Source of the DNA: Chrysemys picta bellii
Lineage: Eukaryota
Reading direction: 5' to 3'
Assembly: GCF_011386835.1 (NCBI RefSeq)
Contig: NC_088796.1
Coordinates: 103,664,001-103,728,000, forward strand
DNA: 64,000 nt
The notes below the pieces were generated by a model that saw only the letters and a list, made by a program, of their open reading frames with translations, was not told the DNA's origin and did no database searches. Both the position numbers and the translations under genes were made by a program. Of this stretch, positions 63,107 through 64,000 are shown piece after piece; the stretch's first letter is position 1, and every line of letters starts with the position of its first letter.

Positions 63107-64000
63107 TATTTGTATTTTCAGTTATATCAAGGGAGCCCAGAGCAAATGGTTAGGCACCCTTTTTGCTCTATAAACATTGAAAGAAACAAAATATGTATTT
63201 AGTAACTTCCCTCACTGGGCTCTTCATCAGACTACAATAGTAGAGCAATAGTGATAACTAACAGTAATACATTACTGGGCAGAAATCTATACTGAGCTGT
63301 ACTACCTAATGAATAATCTTTCTGAAGACCACATTCTTCTGATTCAGTAATACCCTACTCCAGTTAAATCCATGGGACTACTCACTAAGGCAAATACAAC
63401 TCACCATGAGTAAGTGTGCCAGAATCTGGCCCTAAATCATACCCACAGTATGACATGACCTTTCCCCACCCCTAGTATCTTATTTATTGTGCACTGTAGT
63501 GCAGTAAGGTTCTCACTAAAGTGTCCCTTTTTATTTTTGAGTGTAAAATGAACCATAGTAATTTACTTTGTTTTCAAGCCAGGAGGCGGAGTAGTTGAAT
63601 AACATTCATTAACAATTCGTTAAGTTGTTTATGCCAAGACAGCTTGCAGTGCAATATTTCATACAGCAATTCCCTCTTCAAACTTGGCTTAATCATGTCT
63701 TTTTTGGCATGCCATAAACTGCAATGTTTGTTCTTCTCTAACAGTTGCATCTCTGATCTACCATGAGGCATTCACCTCTACTGCTCCTTCCCTGCACTGT
63801 TATCGCTCAGTTTCTTTGCTATGCAGTGTTTCTCACAGCAAGCTGTGCGTCCTGTGTATGTTGTGATCTATCCTATCAGTACCACTGAGCTGAATCACAG
63901 AAATTGGGCGGGGCGGGGGGGAGGAAGGAAGTGCAGGAATATGTAACTTTCATCTCAGCACTGATGACATTTGTGCTCGCCTTAGCTATCATTACATATC

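Overview
Repeat-dominated vertebrate intronic/intergenic DNA. The repeat families (tortoise-type tRNA/CR1-tail SINE, GGCCTTGTCTACAC-type Harbinger MITEs, GC-rich hAT elements) point to a turtle genome; this is an inference. No host protein-coding gene could be identified with confidence. The centre holds two near full-length elements about 95 bp apart. The first is a 4.87-kb PIF/Harbinger DNA transposon (25891-30760) with a DDE transposase and a convergent, spliced Myb/SANT-trihelix gene. Each of its two genes is broken by a single TGA that looks like a CGA>TGA CpG mutation, and an unexplained antisense ORF lies in the Myb intron. The second is a 5.8-kb decayed DIRS1-type tyrosine-recombinase retrotransposon (about 30853-36685, minus strand) with gag, RT, RNase H, methyltransferase-like and YR remnants plus ITR/ICR termini. 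The rest is RTE, L2 and CR1 LINE fragments, a Penelope terminus with a hammerhead core, a CCA-ended tRNA-Lys retrocopy, an AmnSINE1-like element, probable solo LTRs, and many hAT, Harbinger and Tigger non-autonomous elements, several of them nested. Family assignments rest on recalled motifs and consensus sequences, not on database searches.
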